Below are positions 8,765-17,041 of a stretch of 64,000 bases of DNA, piece by piece (the first letter of the stretch is position 1; every line of letters starts with the position of its first letter). Origin of the DNA: a virus (taxonomy: Duplodnaviria > Caudoviricetes). A program made the translations under genes and the position numbers. The notes under the pieces are model-generated. The model ran no database searches. It saw only the letters and a program-made list of their open reading frames with translations, and was not told the origin of the DNA. The stretch is from positions 1-64,000 of IMG/VR virus record IMGVR_UViG_3300032004_000001, one strand, 5' to 3'.

Positions 8765-9792
8765 AAGCAAAAGAGAAAGTCCAGATCCGCACCCTGGGCG
8801 GGCTGGCAGATGCGCCGTGCTTCCATCAGTGGAAGCACAGCGTCGGCGGGATTGAGTTCAGCTTCGCGCTGCACACCGCAGCCGGCATCCACAAGGGCCT
8901 GGATAAGCCCCTGGCGATCAGCGAGCTGGGCACTGGCTTCGACGTGAAGGCTGTTCTGCTCCATCCCAACAGCCGTAACCCGTTGACCGAGAACTCGGTC
9001 AAGACCATGCCCTCGGCGCAGGTCAAGAAGATTGCCCGGGCAGCCCTGTACACGCTGATCAACAAGAAGGTGGGCCCGTACCGCTTCCTGCAGGCGATGG
9101 TCGGGGCGCAGATGCAGGTGGCGAAGGTCGACCTGTCGAAGTACGAGGTCCAGGGCACGGGTACCGAGACCTACCGCAACACGGAAGCGCTGGACAAGCT
9201 GCGCGGCATGGGTACTCCAGGCACGGCGACCTTCAGCACTACGGCTACGATGGAACAGAGGGTGATCCTGGACCAGGTTATTGAAGGCCACGCCGAGCCG
9301 TGCGCAGCCTGTGAAGGCACCAAAGTCCTGACCACTACCAACCTGGACCACGACGGGCAGCCGATTGAGATTGCCTGCACTGAGTGCGTTCCCAAGGGTA
9401 TTGGGGGTGTTGGGTTCCGATTTGACGCGGCTATGACCCCCGGCCACCCAGCGGCGGAGCAGTACCTTCCAACACCAGAGGAGGCAGCCGCCACCATTGC
9501 CGACGCCGAGCAGATCAATCGCAACCTGGCCAAGTACGGGACGATTGATTCGCCACCTACAGCCGTCGGTGATTGGGCCAGCCCAACCGAGGAAGAGTGG
9601 TACGAGAGCCTTGATCCAGAGAACAAGCTGGAGTACCTGCGCCAGAAGCTGGCCGAGTTGCAGGCTGCCAGCAAGACGCTGTCAGCCAAGGCCACCAAAG
9701 CTGACTACGATCGCATCGACGATATCGACAGCGAGTGCCGTCACATCGAAGCCAAGATCAAGGAACTGGAGGAACAGCCATGCTCGAAATGA
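8761..9792 (+). CDS. Hypothetical protein with CxxC...CxxC and C-terminal coiled coil
   Basis: Long ORF, ATGA coupling. Confidence 0.8.
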   Translation: MKAKEKVQIRTLGGLADAPCFHQWKHSVGGIEFSFALHTAAGIHKGLDKPLAISELGTGFDVKAVLLHPNSRNPLTENSVKTMPSAQVKKIARAALYTLINKKVGPYRFLQAMVGAQMQVAKVDLSKYEVQGTGTETYRNTEALDKLRGMGTPGTATFSTTATMEQRVILDQVIEGHAEPCAACEGTKVLTTTNLDHDGQPIEIACTECVPKGIGGVGFRFDAAMTPGHPAAEQYLPTPEEAAATIADAEQINRNLAKYGTIDSPPTAVGDWASPTEEEWYESLDPENKLEYLRQKLAELQAASKTLSAKATKADYDRIDDIDSECRHIEAKIKELEEQPCSK

Positions 9793-10121
9793 TCCACAAA
9801 GGCCAGGTACTGAGCCAGGCACAGATCGACGTGCTCGTCGCGCAGCCGACGGAGATCACAAACCTGTCCTCGCGCAACTTCCGCCGCGCGGTGGACATCG
9901 CCCTGAAGAACGCCGGTCTGCCGGTGCCGGATATCCAGGAAGGCCAGGTGGTCACCTGGTCCGTCGGCACCGAGCAGGACAAGGGCAAGGTCGTCAGCTA
10001 CGACGAGCGCGCCGACAAGTACCGCGTCATGTCGAAGCTGAAGAAACGTGAAGTCACCGTGGCCGGCCGGGACATCCGTGTGATCCCGGCCAAGGAGCCC
10101 GTCAATGCCTCGGCTGAATAA
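9780..10121 (+). CDS. Hypothetical protein (C-terminal SH3/KOW-like)
   Basis: GGAGG RBS before ATG 9780. Confidence 0.7.
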   Translation: MLEMIHKGQVLSQAQIDVLVAQPTEITNLSSRNFRRAVDIALKNAGLPVPDIQEGQVVTWSVGTEQDKGKVVSYDERADKYRVMSKLKKREVTVAGRDIRVIPAKEPVNASAE

Positions 10122-10323
10122 CGACGACGTCAAGCGCATCTTCCTGGCGGCCGGGTTCAAGCGTAAACGCATGGGCGACGGCCGGCTGGACTTCGAGCCG
10201 CGCTTCTACCAGGCAGCCACGGCCATTATCCAGGCCAGCTGCTTCCACCAGACCTGGCTGGGCCACAGCGGAACCGGCGCGATCTTCTACGCCGACTGCG
10301 GGAAGCCCAAGGAGGCAGAATGA
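10105..10323 (+). CDS. Hypothetical protein
   Basis: AAGGAG RBS. Confidence 0.7.
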   Translation: MPRLNNDDVKRIFLAAGFKRKRMGDGRLDFEPRFYQAATAIIQASCFHQTWLGHSGTGAIFYADCGKPKEAE

Positions 10324-10595
10324 TCAGCCTGGAGAAACACCAGCAGATTCACTCGTTGATCTACGACTGGAACGCAGTGGCAACACTGTACGAGACCATC
10401 CAGACCGACAAGAACCTGACCGTGCAGGTCAACGGTAGCTACCGCGATGAGTTCCGCGAAGGCGCCATCAAGGAAGCCAAGATACTTCTCAACGCCAAGG
10501 CGCGGGGGATCAAGGCGGCCCTGCACCAACTTGGCTTCGACACCAGCACGCTGATCCCGCTGCGCGAAATCAGCAGACCGGAGAACCCTAAATGA
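10320..10595 (+). CDS. Hypothetical protein
   Basis: GGAGG RBS, ATGA coupling. Confidence 0.7.
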   Translation: MISLEKHQQIHSLIYDWNAVATLYETIQTDKNLTVQVNGSYRDEFREGAIKEAKILLNAKARGIKAALHQLGFDTSTLIPLREISRPENPK

Positions 10596-11209
10596 TTGAG
10601 CCACGTATCGACAGCATCACCTACTCCATGCGCCGCGGCTCACCGCCCCGCAAGCTGAAGGAAGGCGACGAGAAGTATGTCAAGGGCGTGCTGATGGTGC
10701 GCCAGCAGATGACCAGCCGTGGTTGCATGATGGTCAGCAATGGCCGGCCGGTGTGGGAGTGGGTGGAGCACGGCAGCGACCGTGACCGCAACAAAGGACG
10801 TGCTCGCTACCGCACCCTGCGCGGCGGCGGCATTCCCACCGCGCTGCCCGTGCCGCCGCCACCGGATGGCTGGAAGATCCTCGAGTCGGGGCGCCCGGTG
10901 CCGGAAGGCAGCATGGTGTTCATCCATGAGTACCCCGCGCACGGTGTGCCGAACCAGATCCCGCCAGCCTACTGGCGCCTGATCGACACCACCAAGGGCG
11001 AGCGCTTCGGGATGGAAGCCACCTACGAGGGTGAGCACCGCGCTTACGCCATCCGAAAGACCAAGAACGAGATACTCCGGGACGTGTTCGAGAAGGTCTG
11101 CGTGTGTATCACCAGCGGCAAGATCAAGAAGCAGCCGGTAAGTGTGTCAGCCAACGTAGCGGTCAAGAAGTACATGGCGCGCTGCACCTGTGGGATTAAC
11201 CATGATTGA
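10592..11209 (+). CDS. Hypothetical protein
   Basis: GGAG RBS, ATGA coupling. Confidence 0.75.
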   Translation: MIEPRIDSITYSMRRGSPPRKLKEGDEKYVKGVLMVRQQMTSRGCMMVSNGRPVWEWVEHGSDRDRNKGRARYRTLRGGGIPTALPVPPPPDGWKILESGRPVPEGSMVFIHEYPAHGVPNQIPPAYWRLIDTTKGERFGMEATYEGEHRAYAIRKTKNEILRDVFEKVCVCITSGKIKKQPVSVSANVAVKKYMARCTCGINHD

Positions 11210-11411
11210 GCGCCTGAAGAACCTGCTGACCAAAGCCAAACTGATGCGGCTGGAGATGCGCCTGCTCAACGAGTTGGAGGATCACCTGGAAAGCCCACAA
11301 CCCGCCAAGGCTGACAAGGTCAACGAGACCATGCAGCGAATCCGCGACCTTGGCGGTAAAGACCACGGAAGTATTCCTCGAGGAGAGAACGATGCCACGT
11401 TTAAGCGATAA
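11202..11411 (+). CDS. Hypothetical helical protein
   Basis: Overlapping coupling with neighbours. Confidence 0.6.
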   Translation: MIERLKNLLTKAKLMRLEMRLLNELEDHLESPQPAKADKVNETMQRIRDLGGKDHGSIPRGENDATFKR

Positions 11412-11955
11412 GAACATCGCAGCCATTCGCGCTGCGGCTGAAGACTGCGAGATGAAGTTCGGTTTTGGCGACGTGATCCTGCTGTGCGATGAGCTGCAGG
11501 AGCGCCGCGCGACAGGGCCAGGTGCGCCTACCGTAGTCCTGGCTGAATACCTGCTTGGCCGGCTTGGCCAGGGTTACGACATCAACCAGTCGCAGAAAGA
11601 AGAACTGCTGAAGTACCTGGGGCCGACTAGCCAGGCGCCCGCACTGGAGCTGGTCAGCGCCTCTGAACTGCTGAAGGCGGTGCTCAAGTGCGTGGAGGAG
11701 AAAGAACCTCTGCGTGATGCGGACGTGCTGGCATTGTTCCATGCGCTGCAGCGCGGCGGATACTTCCAGACCCTGATCCCGGTAAACAAGGATGCGCTGT
11801 ACAAAGTCCTGTGCGCCCTGAGCAACATGAACCAGGGTCACCTCATCCGCGAGATGCAGGCGACTCGTGGCGTGCCTGATAAGCAAGGCGCGACCAACCC
11901 ACTCGACATCCTGTCGAGAGATTTCAGTCAAGGAGCAGCACATGCTGACAATTGA
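11392..11955 (+). CDS. Hypothetical protein (N-terminus loosely Ead/Ea22-like)
   Basis: GAGGAG RBS; IRAAAE...VILLCDELQ. Confidence 0.7.
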   Translation: MPRLSDKNIAAIRAAAEDCEMKFGFGDVILLCDELQERRATGPGAPTVVLAEYLLGRLGQGYDINQSQKEELLKYLGPTSQAPALELVSASELLKAVLKCVEEKEPLRDADVLALFHALQRGGYFQTLIPVNKDALYKVLCALSNMNQGHLIREMQATRGVPDKQGATNPLDILSRDFSQGAAHADN

Positions 11956-12460
11956 ACAGATCAAAGCACTGCTGGACGAGGGCCTGATGGTCTACTCCGG
12001 CACAAAGGGTCTCAATGAGAAGGGCAGGCCTCACGTCGATTACCGAGTGGTGTGGTGGGAGCCGGAGACCTACACCGACGGCCCGACAGACTGCAGTGTC
12101 CCCGGGCGGCTGATGAAGGCGCATCCGTCCGACGAATCCGGTGAAGAATGGAAGCCTGTCGAAACGCCAGACTTCAATCCGGAAGAGTACCTGGTTCACA
12201 CCGACTCCGAAGCTTACGGCGGCCACTTTCGTTACTTCTCGGTCTTGCCTGAATGGCCTGTCAAGGGTACCCGGGTGGTCAAATTCGACAACCCGGTCCA
12301 GGCGCCGGAGGGTTACAGGACCCTGCCCTACTACGTGCGGGTCACGGGACCGGACGAGATCACCGAAGAGTGGGCCTGTGAGCGCGCTATCGACGTGATG
12401 CTCAGCATGCCCGACACGCCGTTCAACGGCGATAACTGCCACCCTATTCTTGTCATCTGA
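11942..12460 (+). CDS. Hypothetical protein
   Basis: AAGGAG RBS. Confidence 0.75.
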   Translation: MLTIEQIKALLDEGLMVYSGTKGLNEKGRPHVDYRVVWWEPETYTDGPTDCSVPGRLMKAHPSDESGEEWKPVETPDFNPEEYLVHTDSEAYGGHFRYFSVLPEWPVKGTRVVKFDNPVQAPEGYRTLPYYVRVTGPDEITEEWACERAIDVMLSMPDTPFNGDNCHPILVI

Positions 12461-12468
12461 GGTGACCT

Positions 12469-12870
12469 ATGCCTGTAAGCATTCAAAACCTGATCCTGTT
12501 GGACCCCGAAAGTCTTCAGTTCAACCCGTTGGACCAGTGCATGCTGTCCTTCAATGCCCGCACCAAGAAGGGCTACAACGAGGTCAGCTTCGGCACTGAG
12601 GCACAGCTGGATAACCCCGCCATGCTGCAAGGCCAGATGCGCATGGAGAAGCTCGGTCTGGTGGTTTGGCTGGACCGCGACAAGGCCAAAGAACTGCTGG
12701 CCAGCGAGACGCCTGAGGGCATGGATGCCGAGCACGAGGCGCCCTTGCGCAGCCTGCACTTTGCGCTGAAGGAAGCCCTCCGGGTGAACGCCAACGATGC
12801 CCTGCTGCCTGGCGTCGACCTCAACCCGCTGATGGACAACCTCGATCAACTGTTCGGGGAGGCTCCATGA
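12469..12870 (+). CDS. Hypothetical protein
   Basis: GAGGTG RBS. Confidence 0.75.
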   Translation: MPVSIQNLILLDPESLQFNPLDQCMLSFNARTKKGYNEVSFGTEAQLDNPAMLQGQMRMEKLGLVVWLDRDKAKELLASETPEGMDAEHEAPLRSLHFALKEALRVNANDALLPGVDLNPLMDNLDQLFGEAP

Positions 12871-13463
12871 GGAAACCCTTCACCCACGTGGTCCAGTGGC
12901 GAAAGAACGGCTACTGGGCTCCCGGACCGAAGTTCCGCAGCGAGGAGGAGGCACAGATATACGCCGAGATGCGCGCGGTACCGGGGAAACGCGGAGTGTT
13001 CCGGGTCGTTGCGTACCCGGGCATCGGCGAGTTGTCCGTGGATCAGGTGCTTCTGATGATGAAGCTACTCCACGTCCACCCTGTGCACTGGAAGGTCCGG
13101 TTGAGGAGCTTTCTGGAAAAACTGCGATTCCGCGACCCGGGGATAAAGTGGACCGAGGAGGAGCTGCAGATGTTCCAGGACATCGGCGAGCGCTTCCCCC
13201 GCCCCAAGCTGCTCAGGCTGACGCCAGAGCGCCTAAAGTCCAAGCTGCTGATTGCCGATGCCAGGGAGAGGGCCAAGGACGTCGTCAAGGGTTACGAGCA
13301 CGTCATTGCCCTGGACGACAACCCTGAGGTCATGGCGATCGAAGAAGGGGCCTTTGTACAGGCCTGGGTATTCGTCCCGAAGCGGACCGAGGAGCAAGAG
13401 CGTGAACATCAACACGATATTGCAGCTTACCTGGCCGGCGTGGCCCGGGCAGACGCTGCTTGA
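12867..13463 (+). CDS. Hypothetical protein
   Basis: GGAGG RBS, ATGA coupling. Confidence 0.75.
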   Translation: MRKPFTHVVQWRKNGYWAPGPKFRSEEEAQIYAEMRAVPGKRGVFRVVAYPGIGELSVDQVLLMMKLLHVHPVHWKVRLRSFLEKLRFRDPGIKWTEEELQMFQDIGERFPRPKLLRLTPERLKSKLLIADARERAKDVVKGYEHVIALDDNPEVMAIEEGAFVQAWVFVPKRTEEQEREHQHDIAAYLAGVARADAA

Positions 13464-13503
13464 ATCAACATCAGTAACCCACCTCAAGTCCTTGGAATCC
13501 TGG

Positions 13504-13824
13504 ATGAAAAGGTGGGAAGACGCGAAATCAATCTCCTACTCACAGCTCCTAGACTTCGCCGAGGATTCACGATTCGCCTCGGTGGTGCTGACGCCCTTGG
13601 CCAGCAAAGGGATTTTCGACCTGTTTGCCCAGGGCTGCGGTGAAGAAACCCGAACCAGGATCATGCTGCGCGCTCAACGGGCGCTGAGCCTCACACCAAA
13701 AAGCATCGGCCGGTACCGGTGGACCGCTCAGCTGGAGTTCCTGGAGACAGGCGCTGTCAGGCTGTACGGCACCGAGGACTACGCCAAAGACCTTCGACGC
13801 ATCCGAAAGGAATACCTGAAATGA
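13504..13824 (+). CDS. Hypothetical protein (start uncertain)
   Basis: Frame open from 13252; ATGA coupling to next gene. Confidence 0.6.
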   Translation: MKRWEDAKSISYSQLLDFAEDSRFASVVLTPLASKGIFDLFAQGCGEETRTRIMLRAQRALSLTPKSIGRYRWTAQLEFLETGAVRLYGTEDYAKDLRRIRKEYLK

Positions 13825-14201
13825 CCGAGAAGAAAGTCTACACGGCGGACTTCGCCGCTATTGAAGCGCGGGTGGTAGCCATGCTTGGCCACCCGGCGCC
13901 GCCCCGGCAGCATAACAACAGGCTGCTGGACATCCATACGATAACCACCGCGGTTGCCCTGCAGATGCCCTACAGCGCGGTCACAAGCCGTCTGCGCAGC
14001 CGGGTAGGCAAGCGCCTTAACTTTGCCGCGCTGTACACGCCAGGGATGCAGTGGAACGTGCCTGACAAGGACTCCTTGCTGGCCATCTGGAGCGACAAGG
14101 AGCGAGCACAGCTGTGCATCGACTTCGGCATCACCAGGACCGAGGCGCTGTACGACGTCCTGGTCAATCACTTCACCATCAGCTACAGGAAGCCGGAATG
14201 A
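13821..14201 (+). CDS. Stand-alone 126-aa PolA-fingers-like protein (motif A + DIH + motif B only)
   Basis: ADFAAIEARVVA...DIHTITTAVALQMPYSAVTSRLRSRVGKRLNFAALY aligns with family-A DYSQIELR...DIH...VTxxxRxxAKxxNFGxxYG; no motif C. Confidence 0.75.
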   Translation: MTEKKVYTADFAAIEARVVAMLGHPAPPRQHNNRLLDIHTITTAVALQMPYSAVTSRLRSRVGKRLNFAALYTPGMQWNVPDKDSLLAIWSDKERAQLCIDFGITRTEALYDVLVNHFTISYRKPE

Positions 14202-14998
14202 ACATCACCAACGCAATCAAGACCGAGTTGATCAGCGCAATGGTTCGCCACGCGGCCAAGAAGCAGGCTGCACCGACCGCCAAGGCGGCCAAGAAGCTGA
14301 ACGAGCTGTGGCGCCAGCTGTTTACCCAGCTGATCCAGGCACGCATCCCTGAGCTGCCTCCGACACGATGGGCAGGGCTCATCAACGACGGCACCATGAA
14401 GGCAATAACCGGAACGGTATACGTCTACACCAGGCACCCAACACGGGAAAAAGATACGACCTACGATGAGGTGGGTACGTCCGCTATCCACTTCAACTGC
14501 GCCCACATGTCCTACAGGGAAAAGGAAGCAAACGAGGAGAAATGGAACCAGGTGAAGCGCGCCATCAGCGGAGACTGGGGTGCCACCCTGAACTTCGTGT
14601 ATGTGAATGTCCGCAACACCTACGTCGACCTGTACTGGAAGACCGAGCAATCGGACCTGCCCTCCATCCCTGGCATCGGCCAGATCCTGTCCCCCGACAC
14701 TCCGGTCAGCGAAGACGACCCGCGCTGGGAATACTCCAAGCTGGCCTACCCTCTGGCCGTGCAGTCCAAGGCACTGTGCAAGCTGTATGGCGACGTGCTC
14801 AAGTCGGCCCACGGAATGTGGGAGGACCTGGAAACGGTGCTGGCCAATGTCCGGACCCTCAAGCAGCTGGAGAAGCAATTCCCGGAAGCCCTCCCCTTCC
14901 TGCCGGACTACACCCCGCCCGCGGCGCGCAATCAACTGGCAGACCCGAAGCTGGTCAGCCGGGCGCGCCAGATGCTGGTGGAAGGCATCCCTGATTAA
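14198..14998 (+). CDS. Nmad5-like protein (nucleotide-modification-associated domain 5)
   Basis: N-terminal ITNAIKTELI and C-terminal LANVRTLKQLEKQFPEALPFLP resemble the Nmad5 pattern. Confidence 0.55.
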   Translation: MNITNAIKTELISAMVRHAAKKQAAPTAKAAKKLNELWRQLFTQLIQARIPELPPTRWAGLINDGTMKAITGTVYVYTRHPTREKDTTYDEVGTSAIHFNCAHMSYREKEANEEKWNQVKRAISGDWGATLNFVYVNVRNTYVDLYWKTEQSDLPSIPGIGQILSPDTPVSEDDPRWEYSKLAYPLAVQSKALCKLYGDVLKSAHGMWEDLETVLANVRTLKQLEKQFPEALPFLPDYTPPAARNQLADPKLVSRARQMLVEGIPD

Positions 14999-15007
14999 TC
15001 GAAACAC

Positions 15008-15370
15008 ATGGCCATAGGCCCTGAAGGAGAAAGCGTGGAACGATTGAAACGAGAACTGCTGATGATCGGAAAGGATCGCGGCGACACGGGCAGCACGGAG
15101 GACCAGCAGATATGCATCGACTGGTTCTTCGAGGCGCTGCAGCGGTACATGACCCAGGAGGCAATCGCCAGCTTTACAGCTGACCAGCTGCGCCTGGCCC
15201 TTATTGCGTTCGTCAACCACATCAACACCCACGGCGACGTGGAACAGAGCCAGCGGCAGGTGATCTACCTGCTGCATCCCTCCGCGGTCTTTCGTAAGGA
15301 AGTCCGCTGCAACCCGCCGCAAAGCGCCAACGTGGTGGGGATGTTCGATCGGGTCAAAAAGAAATCTTGA
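15008..15370 (+). CDS. Hypothetical protein
   Basis: ORF closing the early block. Confidence 0.7.
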   Translation: MAIGPEGESVERLKRELLMIGKDRGDTGSTEDQQICIDWFFEALQRYMTQEAIASFTADQLRLALIAFVNHINTHGDVEQSQRQVIYLLHPSAVFRKEVRCNPPQSANVVGMFDRVKKKS

Positions 15371-15399
15371 CCAACCGGGCACGGTTCTTTATCGTGCCC
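15367..15399 (+). promoter_or_regulatory. Sigma70-like promoter with overlapping inverted repeat
   Basis: TTGACC-17-TATCGT; GGGCACG (15377) ... CGTGCCC (15393) straddles the spacer and -10. Confidence 0.55.
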
Positions 15400-15434
15400 G
15401 TCCTATAAACGTATAAGTCTATAAGGTGAGAAGC

Positions 15435-16766
15435 ATGGGACTTAACAGTGGCCAGGCTGATGCGGTGAACCGCGCCCTGGATGCCTACGAGAGTAACCAG
15501 CCCGGCTACACCATCATCGGTGAAGGTGGCACTGGGAAGACCTACTCCGTGATGGAGGTTGCCGATATTTTGCTCGATGCTGGGCAGAAGATTCTGTTCG
15601 TGGCGCCTACCAACAAAGCCGTCAAGCAGCTCGAGAAAGCCGCTCGAAAATACGGCTTGGCCATGGATAAAATCGGCTTCCGCACGGCGCACAGCGCCCT
15701 GGGCCTATCCCTGATGCCGTCGGCGGAACAGAAGTACGCTGCCCGGGTTCGTGACAGCGTGCTCGGTGATTATGACATGGTGGTCTGTGACGAAGCGTCG
15801 ATGCTCGGCGAAACGTTCCTGTACGACTATTTAATGCCGGACCTGGCCGACTTCGGCACCTTCTGCCTGATGATGGGCGACAATATGCAGCTGCCCCCGG
15901 TCAAGGAGAAGGACTCGAAAGCTTTCGACCTGTTCCCGACCAGCGAGCTGACCCAGGTAGAACGCCAGAAGAACAACCCCGACGGCTCGCCCAACGGGAT
16001 CCTGCAGATCACCCACCCGCTGCGGGAGGCGATCAAGAACAACCAGGTGTTCGATTTCAACTTCGTGCCTGAGCACAACGTCAAGGTGCTCAAGGCGGCA
16101 GATTTCCTAAAAGCTGTGGTCGATCAATTTGACCTGACCACTGACCTCGAGGATGTCCGGGTGCTAGCGTGGAGAAACTTTCGCGTCGACGACATCAACA
16201 AGGCCATTCGCGCCAAAATCTACGGCACTAACGCCGCCCGCTTCGAGGTGGGTGAGCGACTGGTAACCGGGTCGCCGATCTCCAAGGCTGGGGAGATCCA
16301 GCTGTCCACGGACGAAGAGTCCCTGGTGGCGGGGGTTCGCGAAAGCAGCATGTTCGACGAGGCGACTTCCGAGAAGTGGAAGACGTGGCTGGTCACCCTC
16401 AATCCTGTGTATGCTGGCACCTCGCAGGTATTCGCCCACGTTCTGCACGAGGACGAAATCGGCCGGTACAACAAGCACATCAACAGTCTGAAAGAAAAGG
16501 CTATTGAGGCGAAAAGAAAAGGTAGCAGCAACGCTGGCTGGTACTGGAAACAGCTACATACTTTCAAGGACCTGTTTGCGGATTTGAAGTATTGCTACTG
16601 CATCACCGTCCACCGCTCACAGGGCAGCACCTTCAAACGTGTCATGGTCGATGTCAAGGATCTGCTGGAGAACCCAACCCGCAGTGAAAGGCAACGGCTG
16701 TTGTACGTGGCGTTTAGCCGGCCGCAGGAAGAACTGATCATCAACAAGACGGGATTCAGGGCGTAG
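15435..16766 (+). CDS. Dda/RecD-like SF1B DNA helicase
   Basis: GEGGTGKT, CDEASM, GDNMQLPPV, YCITVHRSQGSTF. Confidence 0.9.
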   Translation: MGLNSGQADAVNRALDAYESNQPGYTIIGEGGTGKTYSVMEVADILLDAGQKILFVAPTNKAVKQLEKAARKYGLAMDKIGFRTAHSALGLSLMPSAEQKYAARVRDSVLGDYDMVVCDEASMLGETFLYDYLMPDLADFGTFCLMMGDNMQLPPVKEKDSKAFDLFPTSELTQVERQKNNPDGSPNGILQITHPLREAIKNNQVFDFNFVPEHNVKVLKAADFLKAVVDQFDLTTDLEDVRVLAWRNFRVDDINKAIRAKIYGTNAARFEVGERLVTGSPISKAGEIQLSTDEESLVAGVRESSMFDEATSEKWKTWLVTLNPVYAGTSQVFAHVLHEDEIGRYNKHINSLKEKAIEAKRKGSSNAGWYWKQLHTFKDLFADLKYCYCITVHRSQGSTFKRVMVDVKDLLENPTRSERQRLLYVAFSRPQEELIINKTGFRA

Positions 16767-16792
16767 ACCCTGACCCTTCACAGGAGCCTTAC

Positions 16793-17038
16793 ATGAAAGT
16801 CGTCAAGCACGAGGAGCGTCAGCCGCTCGCTCGAATCGATTACGACAAGATAGTGGACCTCTACAACCGACTGGAAGTAGGCGGTGCCGTGATTATCGAT
16901 AAGGTCTACAACATCACCCTGTTCAAGCAGCACCTGGAACGCCGGGGGCTGGCGTCAAAAGCTGACTTCGAAGCCTTCAACAAGGGCGACGAAACCTGCA
17001 TCAAGCGACTCAGTCAGGCCCGTATGACAAAGGGATAA
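16793..17038 (+). CDS. Small hypothetical protein (possible DNA binding)
   Basis: CAGGAG RBS; in the replication block. Confidence 0.7.
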   Translation: MKVVKHEERQPLARIDYDKIVDLYNRLEVGGAVIIDKVYNITLFKQHLERRGLASKADFEAFNKGDETCIKRLSQARMTKG

Positions 17039-17041
17039 GCC

